Positions 60,489-64,000 of a stretch of 64,000 nucleotides of DNA are shown here, piece by piece. The DNA lies in IMG/VR virus record IMGVR_UViG_3300013121_000026, positions 1 to 64,000 of that record; one strand, 5' to 3'. The DNA comes from a virus. Taxonomy: Duplodnaviria > Caudoviricetes. A program made the position numbers and the translations under genes. Position 1 is the stretch's first letter. Each line of letters begins with the position of its first letter. A model generated the notes under the pieces. The model was given only the letters and a program-made list of their open reading frames with translations, made no database searches and had not been told where the DNA came from.

Positions 60489-60914
60489 GTGAATCAAACG
60501 GTTTTTTCATGGTCCGACATTGAGTATTACACACAAAAACTTTTCAATTTCATACCAATGAACATCGACCATATTGTTGCAATCAGTCGAGGTGGTTTGA
60601 TTCCTGCTACAATATTGTCGCACCGCTTAAATATTAAAAACATAGATGTTCTGCAATGTTCAAGCTATAACGAAGACAACACTCAGATGGATGTTGAATT
60701 AATTAAGCCACCCAATTTTAATATCAAGTCCAGCAGCATTATCATTGATGACCTGGCAGACAGTGGCAATACCCTGCGCCTAATTCGAGAAACATTTAAG
60801 GATCAAGAATTACTAATTGCTACCTTGTTTGTTAAGCCACAGGGCAAAGATGCTGTTGATATTTTTGCCTTGGAAGTTGATCAGAATTCATGGGTGGTGT
60901 TTCCGTGGGAATAG
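60489..60914 (+). CDS. Purine phosphoribosyltransferase (Gpt-like)
   Basis: ISRGGLIP, IIDDLADSGNT, WVVFPWE. Confidence 0.88.
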   Translation: MNQTVFSWSDIEYYTQKLFNFIPMNIDHIVAISRGGLIPATILSHRLNIKNIDVLQCSSYNEDNTQMDVELIKPPNFNIKSSSIIIDDLADSGNTLRLIRETFKDQELLIATLFVKPQGKDAVDIFALEVDQNSWVVFPWE

Positions 60915-61209
60915 ATTTTAAAGAAATTACATGGTATGAGGACTGGTTTAATGCTGATCAATTTGGCTTTAACCTAATCACACCACGTGCGGATGTTGAA
61001 GATGTCATAATAAATTCCTTCATAGATCCATGTATTAAAGATAAAGATTTTAGAAAATATGATCCTCTATATAACGTCATTCCTGAGTTAATGTCAGTAA
61101 ATGCTAGTTTTTTATAACAAAAACTCGTTCAATTCCAAAACAATATTACCCTACCCAAAGCTATCTGTATATAAATACTAGCTTAATGTTAATAACAAAA
61201 GGAAATCGC

Positions 61210-61653
61210 ATGAAGAATTTCATCATAGCAACCATATTGCTAATCATTTCAGTTAGTATTGCTAATGCCAAGCCGCATAAGAAACCCGAATGCTTCTTGT
61301 TTTTTTGCAACAATACTGTTGTAGCAGCTCAGAATTATGTAGGTGATCATCTTGGTATGACAGGACGTCAACTTGGAATGAGACATCGTCGATGGTGTGC
61401 GGAATACCATCATTTGAAGCATGGTGGTCGTTATCGTGGGGTAGCAGACGATAGAGCAATCAGTTGGAGAAATGCTGGATCACCAGCAGCTTATGGATGC
61501 ATTGGTTGCACCGCAGTCATGCCCCATCACGTTGGGACCGTGCAAGGCTACGATGAGAAAGGAAATGTAATTCTTCATAGCGGAAATCATGGTGGACGAG
61601 TTGGAGTTGGAACTTATCACCGCTCAAGATTTGTTGCATTCAGACACACATGA
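61210..61653 (+). CDS. Secreted CHAP/NlpC-P60-like peptidoglycan hydrolase
   Basis: Signal peptide, WCA, A.SW, HVG, SGN; late promoter at 61170-61177. Confidence 0.7.
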   Translation: MKNFIIATILLIISVSIANAKPHKKPECFLFFCNNTVVAAQNYVGDHLGMTGRQLGMRHRRWCAEYHHLKHGGRYRGVADDRAISWRNAGSPAAYGCIGCTAVMPHHVGTVQGYDEKGNVILHSGNHGGRVGVGTYHRSRFVAFRHT

Positions 61654-62576
61654 AATATGTACTTTTGATATTTATTCTGTATAATGGAACTGAACACAAA
61701 ATAGGGCACCTTGGGGGATTTAGTTCCCCCCAAGCGTGTCAGGCATTTAGTAATTCGATTTATAGAAAGATATATCATGAAGACACGATCCTTGATGGCA
61801 AGAAAATTAGGTTTGAATGCATCCAAAGAGATTGATGATCACGCATTAGATTCTATTCTGAACAAACTCTACAAGTATGGTTATCTATATTTTGCAGGTA
61901 TTGACCTATTCTTAGATCGAATTATTATTAATGGACATTTTATATAATGAAAAACTACCGATTGATCATTAACAAAGAAAACGCCAAATATCTAATTAAG
62001 ATAAATGAAGTCTTTTTTATTATTGACGCTGATATGAAAACAACAGATCAAATACTGCTTAATATTCATTCGTTTAAAAAATGTAATGACGTTTATCCGT
62101 GGTTTCGGTTCTGTTCTTTCGGTAATTTTTTATATGAAGACGCTCCTTTCAATGCAGCAATACCCCCCGGCAGGAGTTTTTTGTAATGAGCTATCTCCAA
62201 CTTCTTTACTTAGAAAAAACAAGAAAAGAATTTGAAAATTCGGATAAATTCAGGCTTGAAAAAATATTCACTTTCTGCTATAAATTTGAAGATATTATTG
62301 ATGAGAGTTATGATTATATTCCTCACCAAAACGCAGCATTAGCCGTGCTTGCAGACATGGATGACTCTCACTCTCCTAATGATATGTTTATATAACAATG
62401 ACCATACCTTATAATTCTTCTTATATTGTTAGGGATAATGTAAATAATATTCTATACAAGTCTAACACTGTTAATATTATTCTTAGGTATATATACCACC
62501 GCCCTTATTATTTTGGTGATTATCACAAAGATTATTTTACAATTGGAAATCTTCTTAGCGTATACAGGGACATGAC

Positions 62577-63011
62577 ATGGATATAATTGTTGACATTGAC
62601 GGAACGATTGCTAACGCAGATTGGCGTCAACATCATCTTCTTGTAAAACCAAAGAACTGGACGGGATTCTGGAAGGACATGGAAAATGATGGTCCTCACA
62701 CAGACATCATTTGGCTCGTAAAACAGTTGCATTCGACAGGCAATCGCATTATCATGTGTACTGGTCGACAGGAACAACATCGAGAGCCTACGACAAAATG
62801 GCTGGACAAATACGAGATTCCTTATTCTGCTATTTACATGAGGGAAACAGGCGATCATCGTGATGACAGCATTGTTAAAGTTGAGTTGATTAATAGAATT
62901 AGAGAGGATGGTTATGATCCATATTTAGTTCTTGAAGATCGCAACAGAGTTGTTAAGGCGTTTCGTGATATTGGTTTAAGAGTTCTACAAGTAAATTATG
63001 GAGATTTCTAA
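62577..63011 (+). CDS. HAD phosphatase (PseT/PNKP 3'-phosphatase-like)
   Basis: DIDGT, TGR, MR..GD.R.D..VK, EDR..VV. Confidence 0.9.
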   Translation: MDIIVDIDGTIANADWRQHHLLVKPKNWTGFWKDMENDGPHTDIIWLVKQLHSTGNRIIMCTGRQEQHREPTTKWLDKYEIPYSAIYMRETGDHRDDSIVKVELINRIREDGYDPYLVLEDRNRVVKAFRDIGLRVLQVNYGDF

Positions 63012-63370
63012 TGGAACTGTTTAACATTCTAATCGCTGCTTATTTGCTTTGGATTCCAATTGCTATCTACAAAACAATGGTGGATTATTACAAAGTCTAT
63101 CAATTTGTCGAAGATAGCAAAGACGAGTTCCCGTATTTGTCTGCGGATATTTTTCGCGAGATCGAAAACTCGTCTATGATTTACTATTTTTTCAGAACAG
63201 TAACATTTTCCAGAAGTGCGTCACATTTTATCGAACCAATCAACATGATTATTAATAAAAAGTACAGTGTGGATGCATTAAGAAAAGATATTAAAATTAG
63301 CAAGGAAATTTTGGCTAAAATTGAAAAAGCACTCCAAACCAAACCAGTTGACAATAACGACGAAAAATAG
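63011..63370 (+). CDS. Hypothetical membrane protein
   Basis: N-terminal TM. Confidence 0.5.
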   Translation: MELFNILIAAYLLWIPIAIYKTMVDYYKVYQFVEDSKDEFPYLSADIFREIENSSMIYYFFRTVTFSRSASHFIEPINMIINKKYSVDALRKDIKISKEILAKIEKALQTKPVDNNDEK

Positions 63371-63456
63371 TATAAATATAACGTTATGTTCAGTACTGTG
63401 GGAAGTACAGGCCGACAACGCTAGGACAAGGTTCGAATCCAAAACATAACAATTGA

Positions 63457-63740
63457 TATTCAGAGACGATTTACAGTAGGTATTTCGGACGTGGGGGCGG
63501 TTCCCACCACCTCCACCAAGAGTAGATCTAAGCAGGAAACTGCTAACAAAACTGACCATGGAACGGTTGATCTACTCTTGATGGGGGGGTGATATAGGAT
63601 CGACGAGTATTGAGAGTAAATTTGAGAATATCTCGGTGGTTGAGCAACCAGATTATAAATGGCAACGACAACGTTGACTATGCACTAGCAGCTTAAGCTA
63701 GGCGGGGTTAGTTGGGTTCCTAGCAACAGAATACCCAACG
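63457..63740 (+). ncRNA. ssrA: Circularly permuted (two-piece) tmRNA; tag (A)GNDNVDYALAA
   Basis: 3' piece CACCTCC-A-CCA (ends 63518) precedes the 5' end GGGGGTG (63585) with G3-U70; paired intervening segment; tag ORF 63661-63696; outer ends approximate. Confidence 0.9.
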
Positions 63741-63768
63741 CCATTTTTATTTTAACAAAAAGTGAATT

Positions 63769-63996
63769 ATGAGTGAATTAAATTTTCCAATACAGACGTT
63801 TTTATTAGACATTGAAAAAATAGTAGCAGGTGGTGATACGTATATTAATGCTATCATTCATTGGTGTGAAAAAAAGAACGTAGAAATAGAGTACATTGCG
63901 CAACTTATTAATAGTAATTCCACCCTCAAATCAAAATTGCAATTGGAAGCTGAAAATTTGAATTTTTTACCCAAAAGCATCCGCCTTCCACTATAA
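63769..63996 (+). CDS. gp33: Late transcription coactivator, T4 gp33-like
   Basis: IE..V....YI.AI...C....E.E....I...LK.K...EA..LNFL. Confidence 0.85.
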   Translation: MSELNFPIQTFLLDIEKIVAGGDTYINAIIHWCEKKNVEIEYIAQLINSNSTLKSKLQLEAENLNFLPKSIRLPL

Positions 63997-64000
63997 ATAC

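Overview
A 64-kb segment of a large T4-superfamily phage genome. Evidence: gp43, UvsX, gp41, gp61, RNase H, gp33 and TATAAATA late promoters. The host is very likely an alphaproteobacterium (two-piece permuted tmRNA, tRNA-His without G-1 and with A73, CTTGAC promoters, DUF1127 protein). Bases 1-21 kb form a replication/virion module. There uvsX and class II nrdJ are each fractured into two genes carrying split-intein halves, separated by a free-standing homing endonuclease under hairpin/late-promoter control. Bases 26-45 kb are an RNA-rich region: about 29 intact tRNAs covering all 20 amino acids, two tRNAs (Asn, Arg) broken at the anticodon with a same-anticodon tRNA nested inside, an IS1595-like non-autonomous cassette, and several tRNA-like or structured ncRNA candidates. 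The most striking candidate novel system is a TROVE-like/vWA (DUF2828-type) gene preceded by five tandem covarying stem units sharing a fixed NTNCNGCA motif. Two more units lie in the tRNA cluster, one enclosing a complete circularly permuted tRNA-Thr. This resembles a Ro60/Y-RNA-type ribonucleoprotein with tRNA-mimic payloads. All calls were made by eye without database searches.
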